64,000 bases of DNA. Origin: an uncultured Clostridium sp. Lineage in GTDB: Bacteria; Bacillota_I; Bacilli_A; RF39; UBA660. Positions within the stretch are counted from its first letter, which is position 1. Every line of letters begins with the position of its first letter. Under the pieces are notes generated by a model. The model saw only the letters and a list, made by a program, of their open reading frames with translations, was not told the origin of the DNA and ran no database searches. Position numbers and translations under genes: made by a program. The DNA lies in contig CAJKHY010000002.1 of the NCBI GenBank assembly GCA_905199855.1, positions 8,571-72,570 of the forward strand. The letters are read 5' to 3'. Shown piece by piece: positions 9,170 to 18,550 of this stretch.

Positions 9170-10894
9170 TTATCTACCACCCATGGAGCCTCCGCCCCCT
9201 CCACCGAAGGAACCTCCTCCTCCGCCTCCTGAAGAAAATCCGCCTCCTCCAGAAGAATAACTCTCAGCATCTCTTCTAGCACTTGAGGCTGCTGAAGCAC
9301 TGGTAATAGACATATTATTTATAAATATTAAAATATCATAATCAAGTCCATTACCCATTTGTTCTATTACTTCAGGATACATATTCTTAAGTTGTTTTGC
9401 AACTTTTGAGGCAATACCAAAAAGATAAGCAAACATTAAATATTCATCCCAAAGTTTAACTTCCAATACCTCTTTAGTATTCATTTGAGAAAATTCGATT
9501 AAAAACTTTTTTAAACCATATAATTTCTTAGTTTCTTCATAAATAGTATCATCCATAACATTTTTATACTTACATTCTTCTTTATTAGTTCTCTTATAAA
9601 TATGTCCTTCACTCTTAAGTTTATTTAAATAATCATTAGATATTTTATTAAATATATCAAGAAACTTACTATAGTTTCTACGAGCCCATTTTTCTAGTTC
9701 GTTACTCTCTAAATATCCGTCATTACTAGCTTCATACATCATATTAAATAATTTTTTTTCATTCTCATTATCAAATGTAGGATTCATTGTTAAATCAATA
9801 ATACTTACTTCTTTTTTTAATAAACCCTTCTTTTCTTTTCTAAATTTTATCTTATCATTTTTTACCCATTTTAATATAATCGCTCCGAATATATTTGTTG
9901 TTTCATAACCACCAAAATGATTTATATTAATTAAAGTATTTGCATAATATATATCTTTATTACAAGGTATTTCTCTAAACATCATAGCATCTTTATAACT
10001 GATGGTTTTATTATTTTTAAATCCATATTTAGACGAACTTATTGTCTTATAAATAAGCGTGGCTATTCCTCCAAATACAATAAGTTGAAAGATGATCACA
10101 ATATATGGTATTATTCTAGCAAAAAGTGATGGTTTGTAATTATAATTATTATTGTAATCATTGTAATCATCATAGTCATAATGAAAACTACCTTCTTTCG
10201 CATCTCCAAGTATTTCTTCAAAATTATTGAAATTTTCTACTTGATAGTTAGTACTAAAAGTATTTAAAGGGAATTTAACTAACAAAACAACATATTCATC
10301 ATCTAAACTACCCTCATTAGACATAAGAATTGTCCCGTCTTTTACATATGCATATCCTTTATAACCATATCCCCACACATCTAAATTATCAGGAAAATCA
10401 TAATAACTTTTAACAGTTACATCAAAGCTATCCGCAGTAAATTTTGGAAATAAAGTAAAGTATAAAACTTGAGCATCTTTGGTATTAAAAATATAGTTTG
10501 ATATATCATAAGTAAGAATAAAGGTATGAGATTTCATATCTTTTTTGCCAAAGCATAATTCTAACCCATTAGATATATAATTAATACCATAATAACCTGC
10601 TTTTTCTTCTATACTACCATTAACATTCCAATTACTTTTATATGTCAATTCCTTATTATCCATAGAAACTTTAAAATTAGTTAATTTAGACTCTCCAAGA
10701 TTTAATATTTGTTTATACCATTCACTCCCAGAATCTGCCTTTACCTTCCAAGTCTCTTTAATACTAGCATTTCCCTCTTTATTAATAAATACTTCCATTT
10801 TAACACCATAAATATGGTCCGCATTTACTTTAAAAGGTATTAACACCATTAATAATAGTAAGAAATATTTACATTTTTTAAACATTTTCATCAC
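9170..10894 (-). CDS. DUF2207-family membrane protein with glycine-rich C-terminal tail
   Basis: Signal peptide, large extracytoplasmic N-domain, a TM segment (IIPYIVIIFQLIVFGGIATLI), then a C-terminal region ending SYSSGGGGFSSGGGGGGSFGGGGGGSMGGR. That tail is characteristic of DUF2207. Confidence 0.75.
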   Translation of the reverse strand: MMKMFKKCKYFLLLLMVLIPFKVNADHIYGVKMEVFINKEGNASIKETWKVKADSGSEWYKQILNLGESKLTNFKVSMDNKELTYKSNWNVNGSIEEKAGYYGINYISNGLELCFGKKDMKSHTFILTYDISNYIFNTKDAQVLYFTLFPKFTADSFDVTVKSYYDFPDNLDVWGYGYKGYAYVKDGTILMSNEGSLDDEYVVLLVKFPLNTFSTNYQVENFNNFEEILGDAKEGSFHYDYDDYNDYNNNYNYKPSLFARIIPYIVIIFQLIVFGGIATLIYKTISSSKYGFKNNKTISYKDAMMFREIPCNKDIYYANTLININHFGGYETTNIFGAIILKWVKNDKIKFRKEKKGLLKKEVSIIDLTMNPTFDNENEKKLFNMMYEASNDGYLESNELEKWARRNYSKFLDIFNKISNDYLNKLKSEGHIYKRTNKEECKYKNVMDDTIYEETKKLYGLKKFLIEFSQMNTKEVLEVKLWDEYLMFAYLFGIASKVAKQLKNMYPEVIEQMGNGLDYDILIFINNMSITSASAASSARRDAESYSSGGGGFSSGGGGGGSFGGGGGGSMGGR

Positions 10895-11559
10895 TCCCCT
10901 TTTAACTTTCTCCTTATTTTTTTATAATCAGGCATATATTTTTCTACCAAACTCCAAAATTTTTTAGAATGATCATGATAAATATAATGTGATAATTCAT
11001 GAACAATAACATAATCTAAACACTCATACGAATAATTTATTAATGTAGTATTTAAAGTAATAATATTATCCTTATAATTACATACTCCCCATCTGGTTTT
11101 CATTTTTCTTACTCTTATCTTAGTATTAGGCAATTCTTCTTCAAATATATTAATATAATATTTAACTCTTTCTTCTACTCTTTCTTGAAATATTTTATTT
11201 AAATAAATATTTACTTCTTTTATATTTTTAGCCTCGATAATATTATCTTTTATTTCTATTTTTTTAATACTATCATTGATAGTAATATAATATTTAGTGC
11301 CAAATATTATATATTCATTTTCATTTAGTTTTTCTATTTTTTGTTTTTTAATCCTCGTATTTACCATTTTTGTAATAGATTTAATATTATCATTTATCAA
11401 TTTATTTATGTATATTTTAGGTACTAAAACATTCGTAGTTACAATAATATTTAAATTTTCATCTACCCTTATATATGTATTCTTAATTCTCTTCTTTTTT
11501 ATAATTATGTTATATTGGTTATTATCGATGGTGAGTTTATCCACGACCTCCACCGCCAC
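10891..11559 (-). CDS. DUF45/YgjP-family (WLM-like) metal-dependent hydrolase
   Basis: C-terminal VIVHELSHYIYHDHSKKFWSLVEKYMPDYKKIRRKLK is an HExxH zinc motif in the context typical of COG1451/DUF45. It overlaps both neighbours by a few nt, which implies an operon. Confidence 0.7.
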   Translation of the reverse strand: MAVEVVDKLTIDNNQYNIIIKKKRIKNTYIRVDENLNIIVTTNVLVPKIYINKLINDNIKSITKMVNTRIKKQKIEKLNENEYIIFGTKYYITINDSIKKIEIKDNIIEAKNIKEVNIYLNKIFQERVEERVKYYINIFEEELPNTKIRVRKMKTRWGVCNYKDNIITLNTTLINYSYECLDYVIVHELSHYIYHDHSKKFWSLVEKYMPDYKKIRRKLKGE

Positions 11560-13399
11560 CGAAGCCTCCTCCGCCTACTCCAAACGATGCTCCTCCACCA
11601 AATCCACTTCCATTTGAATCAGAAGAAGCCGCCGTTTGAGCAGTTGTAATAGCCCTTGTTAAACTTTCTGTAATGCTATTTGTAATACTATTACCAAATC
11701 CCATATGATAAGTATAGAATATTGGCGATGTATTTATTGTATCTTCATTATAATTAAGTTCTTTTATTTTCATATTCATAGCTTTTTCTACCTTATCAGC
11801 AATACCAAAAACAGTAGCATAAACTAAATATTTTTCCCAAAGATGTATTTCTAATATCTCTTTATCATTAAATCTTCCAAAATCAAGTAAGAATTTTTTA
11901 AATCCCATCCACTTAGCATAATCTTCGCATCCCTTAATAGTCTTCTTCTTGGCCACGGCAAAGTATACTATTCCAAAAATAGATAAAATTAAAACAAAAT
12001 ATACCAACACATTATTCAAACTCAAACCAAGTACTAAAGAAAATATACCAATTCCAAGTAAAGAATATAAAATTCCTATTGCTTGTTTTGAACCTATATT
12101 TTCATAAAATTTTTCTTCTTTCCCTTTTTCTATTACTTTATTCTTCCATTCAGTATACTTCTTTATAAATGAAGCATATTCTTTCTTGCTAGCCTTTTTA
12201 ATATCCTCGCTCGTTACAGAAACACCATTTCCTACTTCATTAATAAGAAAATCTATTAAAATATCTTCTGTATCTGTAAGATTATCTTTATTACTCATAG
12301 TAATTGTAAACTTATTCTTATCATTTGCATCCATTTCTACATTTAAATTTTTCTTCCTAATAAGTTCCATCACCGATGCCGATAAATATTCGGGTTTAAT
12401 ATATGAAGCAGATAATAAATATCCTAGTATTTCAGGACCATATGTGGCCGGAATATCACGCATATATTCATTATTAAACTTAGCCTTGTATTCTTTATCA
12501 TATTTCTTATAAAAATTATAACCAATAAGAATAAAACCTAGTATCCAAGCTCCTTCAATTATATTAGCAATTAATATTTTAATTCTAGCCTTCTTTCTCA
12601 AATTATTTTGAATCTTAGCCTGTTCCTCTTCGAATTTTAAAATATTATCTAAAGCCATAACATAAGTCCTCTTATTATTATTAGGTACTAATTCATTATC
12701 AAAAACAACGCGCATATCTATCTTAGTATTAGCATTTAAAAAATCCCATTCCCCATATACTGTATGCTTATCCAATATTTCATTCATCCCATTGGCAGGA
12801 CCATGTGTAAATACTCTCAATTCCTTAGAATCACTAGGTAAATTTACTCTTAACTTGATATCGCTGATATCCTCACTCCATTCAAAGTTAAAAAGTAATT
12901 CGGCAATATCCTCATGAGTTACTATTATATCAGTTACATGATAAGTAATAACAAATGCCTTATTATTTGAGGAATGATTATATATTTTTATTTCTTTCTT
13001 GTTTCCATTATCCAAATATTCATAATAACCAGACATTCCATTTTTACCGTTTGTTATTAATTCATAACATGCATAATCATCGTTAGCATAAGAAAAATCA
13101 GTAATACTTCTTTTTTCTTCACCAACACAAATATCTGTTATGTCACCAGCATTATAAATATCAGTCTTATAATAATCACTTGAATTATCTCCTTCAAATA
13201 TCTTATTATTTCCCTTTAAATAAAGATTACGATATAAATAATTATAACTACCAGATAAATCAATATATTCTCTAAAAGTAGCACTTCCATCCTCATTAAC
13301 AGTTACATCAATATAATATTTGTTAGTATCATCTGCATAAGTCAAAGAAGGTATTATCAATAATATAATTAAAAATATTAATCTTTTTTTCATTTCCAC
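11537..13399 (-). CDS. DUF2207-family membrane protein (second paralog) with glycine-rich tail
   Basis: Signal peptide MEMKKRLIFLIILLIIPSLTYA, two TM segments and a C-terminus ending SSDSNGSGFGGGASFGVGGGGFGGGGGRG. Confidence 0.75.
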   Translation of the reverse strand: MEMKKRLIFLIILLIIPSLTYADDTNKYYIDVTVNEDGSATFREYIDLSGSYNYLYRNLYLKGNNKIFEGDNSSDYYKTDIYNAGDITDICVGEEKRSITDFSYANDDYACYELITNGKNGMSGYYEYLDNGNKKEIKIYNHSSNNKAFVITYHVTDIIVTHEDIAELLFNFEWSEDISDIKLRVNLPSDSKELRVFTHGPANGMNEILDKHTVYGEWDFLNANTKIDMRVVFDNELVPNNNKRTYVMALDNILKFEEEQAKIQNNLRKKARIKILIANIIEGAWILGFILIGYNFYKKYDKEYKAKFNNEYMRDIPATYGPEILGYLLSASYIKPEYLSASVMELIRKKNLNVEMDANDKNKFTITMSNKDNLTDTEDILIDFLINEVGNGVSVTSEDIKKASKKEYASFIKKYTEWKNKVIEKGKEEKFYENIGSKQAIGILYSLLGIGIFSLVLGLSLNNVLVYFVLILSIFGIVYFAVAKKKTIKGCEDYAKWMGFKKFLLDFGRFNDKEILEIHLWEKYLVYATVFGIADKVEKAMNMKIKELNYNEDTINTSPIFYTYHMGFGNSITNSITESLTRAITTAQTAASSDSNGSGFGGGASFGVGGGGFGGGGGRG

Positions 13400-13454
13400 T
13401 CAACTCCTAAATATAATTATAATATATATAATTAAAAGGCCTACATTGTAAGCC

Positions 13455-14030
13455 TTATTCAAATGATACTTTTGGTACTTCTTTTTCTTTTTCTTCAATT
13501 TTAAAGAACTCATAGACTTCAAACTTAAACATATTAGCAATAATATTTGATGGAAACATTTGCACTAAATTGTTATAAGTTAAAACAGTATCATTATAGA
13601 ATTGTCTAGCATAACTAATCTTATCTTCAGTATCTTTTAAATCATTTTGTAAACTAATAAAATTTTGGTTAGCTTTTAATTCAGGATAAGATTCACTTAA
13701 CGCAAATAACTTATTTAAGGCTCCTGTTAATTGATTATTAGCCTCGATTTCTTCATTAATTGAGCCAGCACTGACAAATTTATTTCTAGCCTCGATTACT
13801 TCAGCCAAAGTATTCTTTTCGTGTTTAGCATATCCTTTTACTGTTTCAACTAAGTTAGGAATTAAATCTGCTCTTCTTTTTAATTGAACATCTATTTGAG
13901 CCCATTGATCTTTTACTTTGTTTCTTGAATTAACTAGTTTGTTATAAACTCCAATTCCATAAAAAATAAGTAAAATAATAACTGCAAATATGATAATAAT
14001 TACTGTTGCTGTTGTTGATAAACCGCCCAT
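13455..14030 (-). CDS. lemA: LemA family protein
   Basis: N-terminal TM followed by [56 protein letters not shown], the LemA signature. LemA is a known partner of DUF2207 genes. Confidence 0.85.
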   Translation of the reverse strand: MGGLSTTATVIIIIFAVIILLIFYGIGVYNKLVNSRNKVKDQWAQIDVQLKRRADLIPNLVETVKGYAKHEKNTLAEVIEARNKFVSAGSINEEIEANNQLTGALNKLFALSESYPELKANQNFISLQNDLKDTEDKISYARQFYNDTVLTYNNLVQMFPSNIIANMFKFEVYEFFKIEEKEKEVPKVSFE

Positions 14031-14177
14031 TTACATACCTCCTTTTATATATTAAGTATACTATTAAAATAATAAATTTACAAGTACTTTTTTATGACAT
14101 TTTTATATTTTTTTTTTGCTACTGGCGTTTTAGTTCATAAGAATGTTATTAATAGTTATAGTATTTTACAAATAAAA

Positions 14178-14699
14178 TTATATTATAACATTAGTAACAT
14201 CACTAAAATTTCTACATTTTTCTTCTAACAATGGAAAATTACAACATCTATCCTTTACATTTTTAGGTAATTTATTATTTTTATATAAACTGTATAATAA
14301 TTTTGATTTTTTGTTTATTTCTTTTCTATTAAGTGTTAACCAACGTAATTGATTTCTTAATAACTCAATTCTAAGCATTTCTTTTTTATCAGTAGTCCTC
14401 TTATTTAAGTCAAACTCAATATAATTTTTTGAAGTTACTGGAATCATATTATTAAAATTAACTACTCCATATACTCCATTATCTATCTTTACTAAATCCA
14501 AAGTATTTTTTAAAGACATATGTTTTGGCTTAGGGCTAGAAAGTGGAGCAAAATATTCACACTTGCCAACCATAAATAAAACTCCAATAAAAGGTCTCAA
14601 TTGTTTTTGCCCTGCATTATATGGTACTTTATTATCAAACAATCTTAAATAATCACAATAATTTGAATTTACTTTTACAATTTTAAATTTCTTATACAT
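14178..14699 (-). CDS. toxN: ToxN/AbiQ-family endoribonuclease (type III toxin-antitoxin toxin)
   Basis: 173 aa. MYKKFKIVKVNSNYCDYLRLFDNKVPYN...RPFIGVLFMVGKCEYFAPLSSPKPKH...CCNFPLLEEKCRNF aligns by eye with ToxN blocks: MKFYTI..YIEYLK.FDDKV, AFIGIV...YLAPLTSPK..H, C.F.VLEEKYRDF. The ribosome-binding site GGATGGTGA precedes the ATG at 14699. Confidence 0.8.
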   Translation of the reverse strand: MYKKFKIVKVNSNYCDYLRLFDNKVPYNAGQKQLRPFIGVLFMVGKCEYFAPLSSPKPKHMSLKNTLDLVKIDNGVYGVVNFNNMIPVTSKNYIEFDLNKRTTDKKEMLRIELLRNQLRWLTLNRKEINKKSKLLYSLYKNNKLPKNVKDRCCNFPLLEEKCRNFSDVTNVII

Positions 14700-14793
14700 A
14701 TAACATCACCATCCACATCTATTAATTAATTATACCTTAATATAAATATTATCATTTGTTAACTTTGCTTATTGATTATCTTCATTATAATAT

Positions 14794-14822
14794 AAAGAAT
14801 TAAAAATGTCAATAAAGTTTCA
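14794..14822 (-). promoter_or_regulatory. Sigma-A-like promoter (TTGACA-17-TATAAT) directly upstream of toxN
   Basis: On the minus strand: TTGACA (14822-14817), a 17-nt spacer, TATAAT (14799-14794). This is a perfect consensus. It is placed between the upstream terminator and toxN. Confidence 0.55.
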
Positions 14823-14844
14823 TACATTTGTTTGAATATTTTTT

Positions 14845-14875
14845 CAAAAAAAGATTAGAGTCTGCTCTCTAATCT
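14845..14875 (-). terminator. Intrinsic terminator between the repeat array and toxN
   Basis: AGATTAGAG-tctgct-CTCTAATCT is a perfect 9-bp stem. On the minus strand it is followed by a U7 run (A-run at 14846-14852 on the plus strand). It is also T-flanked on the plus strand. Confidence 0.7.
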
Positions 14876-14877
14876 AC

Positions 14878-14957
14878 TTTTTTAGCTGCCATTTATAGAG
14901 CTGGCTTCACTCGCTTTTTTAGCTGCCATTTATAGAGCTGGCTTCACTCGCTTTTTT
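14878..14957 (-). repeat. Tandem direct repeat, 37 nt x 2.2 copies; candidate ToxI-like RNA antitoxin
   Basis: Two identical units TTTTTTAGCTGCCATTTATAGAGCTGGCTTCACTCGC at 14878-14914 and 14915-14951, plus a third T6 start. Read on the toxN strand, each unit is GCGAGUGAAGCCAGCUCUAUAAAUGGCAGCU followed by A6. It lies immediately 5' of the terminator and toxN. Confidence 0.6.
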
Positions 14958-15022
14958 GTTACTACATAAGTAGCATTATTATTATATGCATAACTGCACA
15001 ACATAATCACTTATGTGCAATT

Positions 15023-15051
15023 AATATACCACATTTGCATGATTTTTGCAA
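15023..15051 (-). promoter_or_regulatory. Sigma-A-like promoter (TTGCAA-17-TgGTATATT) upstream of the repeat array
   Basis: Minus strand: TTGCAA (15051-15046), a 17-nt spacer, then extended -10 TGGTATATT (15028-15023). It would give an RNA that runs through a roughly 65-nt leader and then the repeats. Confidence 0.45.
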
Positions 15052-15118
15052 CTATTTTTTTATTTTTAATTTTTTAAAGATTAAAAGTTATCTAAGTTAC
15101 ATAAATAATTTATATAAA

Positions 15119-16057
15119 TTAAATACTTAAAAGTAAAAATTCCAACCCCACTTCTCCATTTACATTACCTAATTTAATATCTTTATCTAAATTAGCTAAT
15201 TTTAAAATAATATCTAATATTTCCTTAACACTATAACTATAACACATATTTCTAGCTAATTTAACAGGATAAGGATGTACCTCTAATTCTTTAGCTATTC
15301 TGTCATCACTATAACCATCACTTATTAATCTCTTAACTTGATATAATAAAATATATTTATTTGCAAGCATATTAATAATCATAATAGGATCACTTTCAAG
15401 TAAACATTCATGGTATAATCTTAACATCTTATTCTTATCCTTGTTCGTAATAGAATCCACTAAAGCAAATAAACTACTATCAATATTTTCGTTAATAAGT
15501 AAATTAATACTATTCTTATCTATTATCTTATCCTCTAATTTATATAACATCAATTTATCTAATTCATTATTTATAGAAGATAAGTTATTCCCTATTTTAT
15601 TTAAAATCATTCTAGCTTCACTAATATTTATTTGATAACCATTCTCTTTTAAATAAGATATTATATAATTAGTATCAACCTCTTTTTTATTTAAATTAAT
15701 AATATTTCCTTTATCGCTCATTATCTTAGTAATCTTTTTTCTATTATCTATCTTATCACCAAGTAAAGTAAATATTAAATAAGACTTATCATTATAATTA
15801 TTTAAATAACTAATAATCTTATCAGTATCAACCTCATTACTAGAAGTAAATATATTAGAATCATTTACTATAATTAACTTAGTATCACTAAAAAGATTAA
15901 AAGTATTAGCATCTTCTAAAATATTATCAATACTATCTTCATTTAATGAATACTTAATAATACTATTTTTATCTATATTATTTTTTTTTATTATTTTATC
16001 TATTTCCTTATTTATTAAATATTCATCTAACCCATATATTAAATAATTATTATTCAT
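15119..16057 (-). CDS. holA: DNA polymerase III delta subunit
   Basis: 312 aa starting MNNNYLIYGLDEYLINKEIDKIIKK.... This is a HolA-like N-terminus and length. Position resembles the holA-ending cluster of Firmicutes. Confidence 0.6.
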   Translation of the reverse strand: MNNNYLIYGLDEYLINKEIDKIIKKNNIDKNSIIKYSLNEDSIDNILEDANTFNLFSDTKLIIVNDSNIFTSSNEVDTDKIISYLNNYNDKSYLIFTLLGDKIDNRKKITKIMSDKGNIINLNKKEVDTNYIISYLKENGYQINISEARMILNKIGNNLSSINNELDKLMLYKLEDKIIDKNSINLLINENIDSSLFALVDSITNKDKNKMLRLYHECLLESDPIMIINMLANKYILLYQVKRLISDGYSDDRIAKELEVHPYPVKLARNMCYSYSVKEILDIILKLANLDKDIKLGNVNGEVGLEFLLLSI

Positions 16058-17093
16058 TACTTCCTCCTACATAACCATACCCTATCCCTAATTTAGGTTT
16101 AACTCCTTTATATTTAAATAACTCACTAACACTTACAATTCTATAACCTTGCTTCTTTAATTCAGGTATAACCATCTCTACTGCGTTAGAAGTAGCCGTA
16201 AAAGTATCATGCATTAAAATTATATCACCATCACTAACATATTTTAATATTTTATCCTTAATCTTATTAGAATTATGATATTTCCAATCTAAAGTATCTA
16301 TATTCCATATAATAATCGGCATTGTACTAAGTTTCTTAATTCTTTTATTCATCGCCCCATAACTAGGTCTTAAAAACGTTGGCCTAATACCTGTTTTATT
16401 ATAAATAGTCTCATTCGTTAAATCTATTTCCTTTAATATCTCTTTATCACTTAATTTAGTTAATTCCTTATGTGAATAAGTATGATTTCCTATATCCATA
16501 CCATTTTTAACTAAAACATCTAAAGTCTTAGCATATTTCTCTATCTTATTTCCTACTAGGAAGAAAGTTGCTTTAGAATCATATTTAACTAAAGTATTAA
16601 CTATTTTAATCGTATTATAACTAGGACCATCATCAAACGTAAAAGCCACCATCTTATCACTCTTTGTATAATTTAAAATATCATAATTATCTTCTTCAAA
16701 AACTCTTTTTTTAATAATATTATCTAGTTCATAATTATAATTAATCTCATAAATATTTTCTTTAATAGTATTTAACTTAGTTACATATTCATAAAACTTA
16801 ATAAAAATATTATTATCCTTAATATCATAATCATAATCAATAAATAAATCACCAGTATCTAAAATAATAGTATTAATCCTTTCATTCAAATAATTATCTA
16901 CATAATTATCTACCTTATCATTATTAAAATAAGGATAATTTATCAAATATGAATAAGTATTATCTTCTTTTTTTATTATCTTATTAATAACATCATGCTT
17001 ATTTCTTAAAGAACTAAATACAAACAAAAACAATATAATTAATACTAAAAATATAATTATTAATAAGTGTTTTTTCTTTATCATTATATTCAC
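16050..17093 (-). CDS. Polysaccharide deacetylase (NodB-homology domain), membrane-anchored
   Basis: N-terminal TM. FTFDDGPSYNT...FFLVGNKIEKYAKTLDVLVKNGMDIGNHTYSHKELTKL are NodB motifs 1-3. It overlaps the holA start by 8 nt. Confidence 0.8.
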   Translation of the reverse strand: MNIMIKKKHLLIIIFLVLIILFLFVFSSLRNKHDVINKIIKKEDNTYSYLINYPYFNNDKVDNYVDNYLNERINTIILDTGDLFIDYDYDIKDNNIFIKFYEYVTKLNTIKENIYEINYNYELDNIIKKRVFEEDNYDILNYTKSDKMVAFTFDDGPSYNTIKIVNTLVKYDSKATFFLVGNKIEKYAKTLDVLVKNGMDIGNHTYSHKELTKLSDKEILKEIDLTNETIYNKTGIRPTFLRPSYGAMNKRIKKLSTMPIIIWNIDTLDWKYHNSNKIKDKILKYVSDGDIILMHDTFTATSNAVEMVIPELKKQGYRIVSVSELFKYKGVKPKLGIGYGYVGGSNE

Positions 17094-17125
17094 CTATCTA
17101 ATTATATTTTTTTAGTATTTAGTTA

Positions 17126-18550
17126 TTATCTTTTTCCTAGTAAATCTTTAAATATTTTAGAAGTTATACTAGGATTAGCACTCCCCTTAGTCTCTTTCAT
17201 TACTTGTCCAATAAAGAAATCTAAAACATTTCTTCCTTCTTTATATTTTAAAACCATATTAGGATTATTATCTATTATCTTATTAGCCATATTAATTAAC
17301 TCCTCAGTATTATTCATACTAGTTATATTTAATTCACTTATTAAAGCAATTGGATCTTTTTCTTCTTCTAAAGCCTTAGTCAATACCTCTTTAGCCTGTT
17401 TAGAAGTGATATTACCATCTTCTACCTTCTTAATAAGATTAACTAACATATCTGGTTTAACTGATATTTCTAAAATATTCTTATCACTCTTATTTAAATA
17501 AGATAAAATAACATTATTAAGTAAATTAACTAAACTTTGTATATTCATACTAGAAGTTAATGCTTCTTCAAAATAATTAGAAATATCCTTATCTTTAGCT
17601 AACAAATTAGCATCCTTAAACGAAATATTATAATTAGATACATACTTCTTAATTCTATCAAACTGTAACTCTATCTTATTAGCAAGAACTTCCTTGATTA
17701 ATGATTCATCTATCTTAACATTAGGAATATTTGGTTCAATAAAATATTTATAATCAATTGCATCTTCCTTACTACGCATTGCTATTGTTGTCTTAGTAGA
17801 ATCATCATATCTTCTTGTTTCTTGTTTTATTTCTATACCTTGATTTAATAATTCTGTCTGTCTTTTAACTTCATATTCGATAGCCTCTTTTACTCCTGTA
17901 ATAGAATTAACATTTTTAACTTCAACCTTAGTACCTAATTTAATATCATTTTCCTTCATTAAAGAAACATTAACATCACATCTTATTTGCCCTTTGTCAA
18001 TTCTAGCCTCAGCGACATCTAAATATAAAAATAAATGCCTCAGATAATCTAAAAATGCTAAAGCCTCTTCCTTAGAATACATACACGGCTCTGTTACTAT
18101 CTCAATAAGTGGTGTCCCACATCTATTATAATCAAGTAATGAAAAATCGCAGTAGTGATCAACACTAGCCGTATCTTCTTCTAAATGAATATCATGGATT
18201 AATATTTCTTTAACCTCTTCCCCTACATATATCTTAAACTTACCATTCGTGCCAAAAGGCATATGACTTTGAGTAATTTGATAACCCTTAGGTAAATCAG
18301 GATAAAAATAATTTTTTCTATCAAAAACTAACCTACTAGCAAGTTCACAATTTAAATGTGATGCTAATAACAATGCTTCATAAACCGAATACTTATTTAA
18401 ATTAGGTAATATTCCTGGCATTCCTAAATCAACGACATTAACATTAGTATTAACTTCTTCACTATAAGCATTTCTTCCCTTAGAAAACACCTTACTTTTA
18501 CTTTTTAACTCACAATGAACTTCTAATCCAATTACTGTCTTATACATCAT
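17126..18550 (-). CDS. gatB: Asp-tRNA(Asn)/Glu-tRNA(Gln) amidotransferase subunit B
   Basis: MMYKTVIGLEVHCEL...GatB family. The ribosome-binding site AGGAGGG lies before the ATG ATG pair at 18550/18547. The tracked start at 18574 is an extension. Confidence 0.9.
   Translation of the reverse strand: MMYKTVIGLEVHCELKSKSKVFSKGRNAYSEEVNTNVNVVDLGMPGILPNLNKYSVYEALLLASHLNCELASRLVFDRKNYFYPDLPKGYQITQSHMPFGTNGKFKIYVGEEVKEILIHDIHLEEDTASVDHYCDFSLLDYNRCGTPLIEIVTEPCMYSKEEALAFLDYLRHLFLYLDVAEARIDKGQIRCDVNVSLMKENDIKLGTKVEVKNVNSITGVKEAIEYEVKRQTELLNQGIEIKQETRRYDDSTKTTIAMRSKEDAIDYKYFIEPNIPNVKIDESLIKEVLANKIELQFDRIKKYVSNYNISFKDANLLAKDKDISNYFEEALTSSMNIQSLVNLLNNVILSYLNKSDKNILEISVKPDMLVNLIKKVEDGNITSKQAKEVLTKALEEEKDPIALISELNITSMNNTEELINMANKIIDNNPNMVLKYKEGRNVLDFFIGQVMKETKGSANPSITSKIFKDLLGKR

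Noticed and set aside
9181-9260. Poly-Gly coding tracts at the 3' ends of the two DUF2207 genes, considered as possible low-complexity or assembly artefacts
   Set aside because: Both independent paralogs end the same way. Gly-rich tails are a known hallmark of DUF2207 proteins.
14878-14957. Possible CRISPR array
   Set aside because: Only 2.2 identical 37-nt units in direct tandem, with no spacers. It fits a type III TA RNA repeat, not CRISPR.
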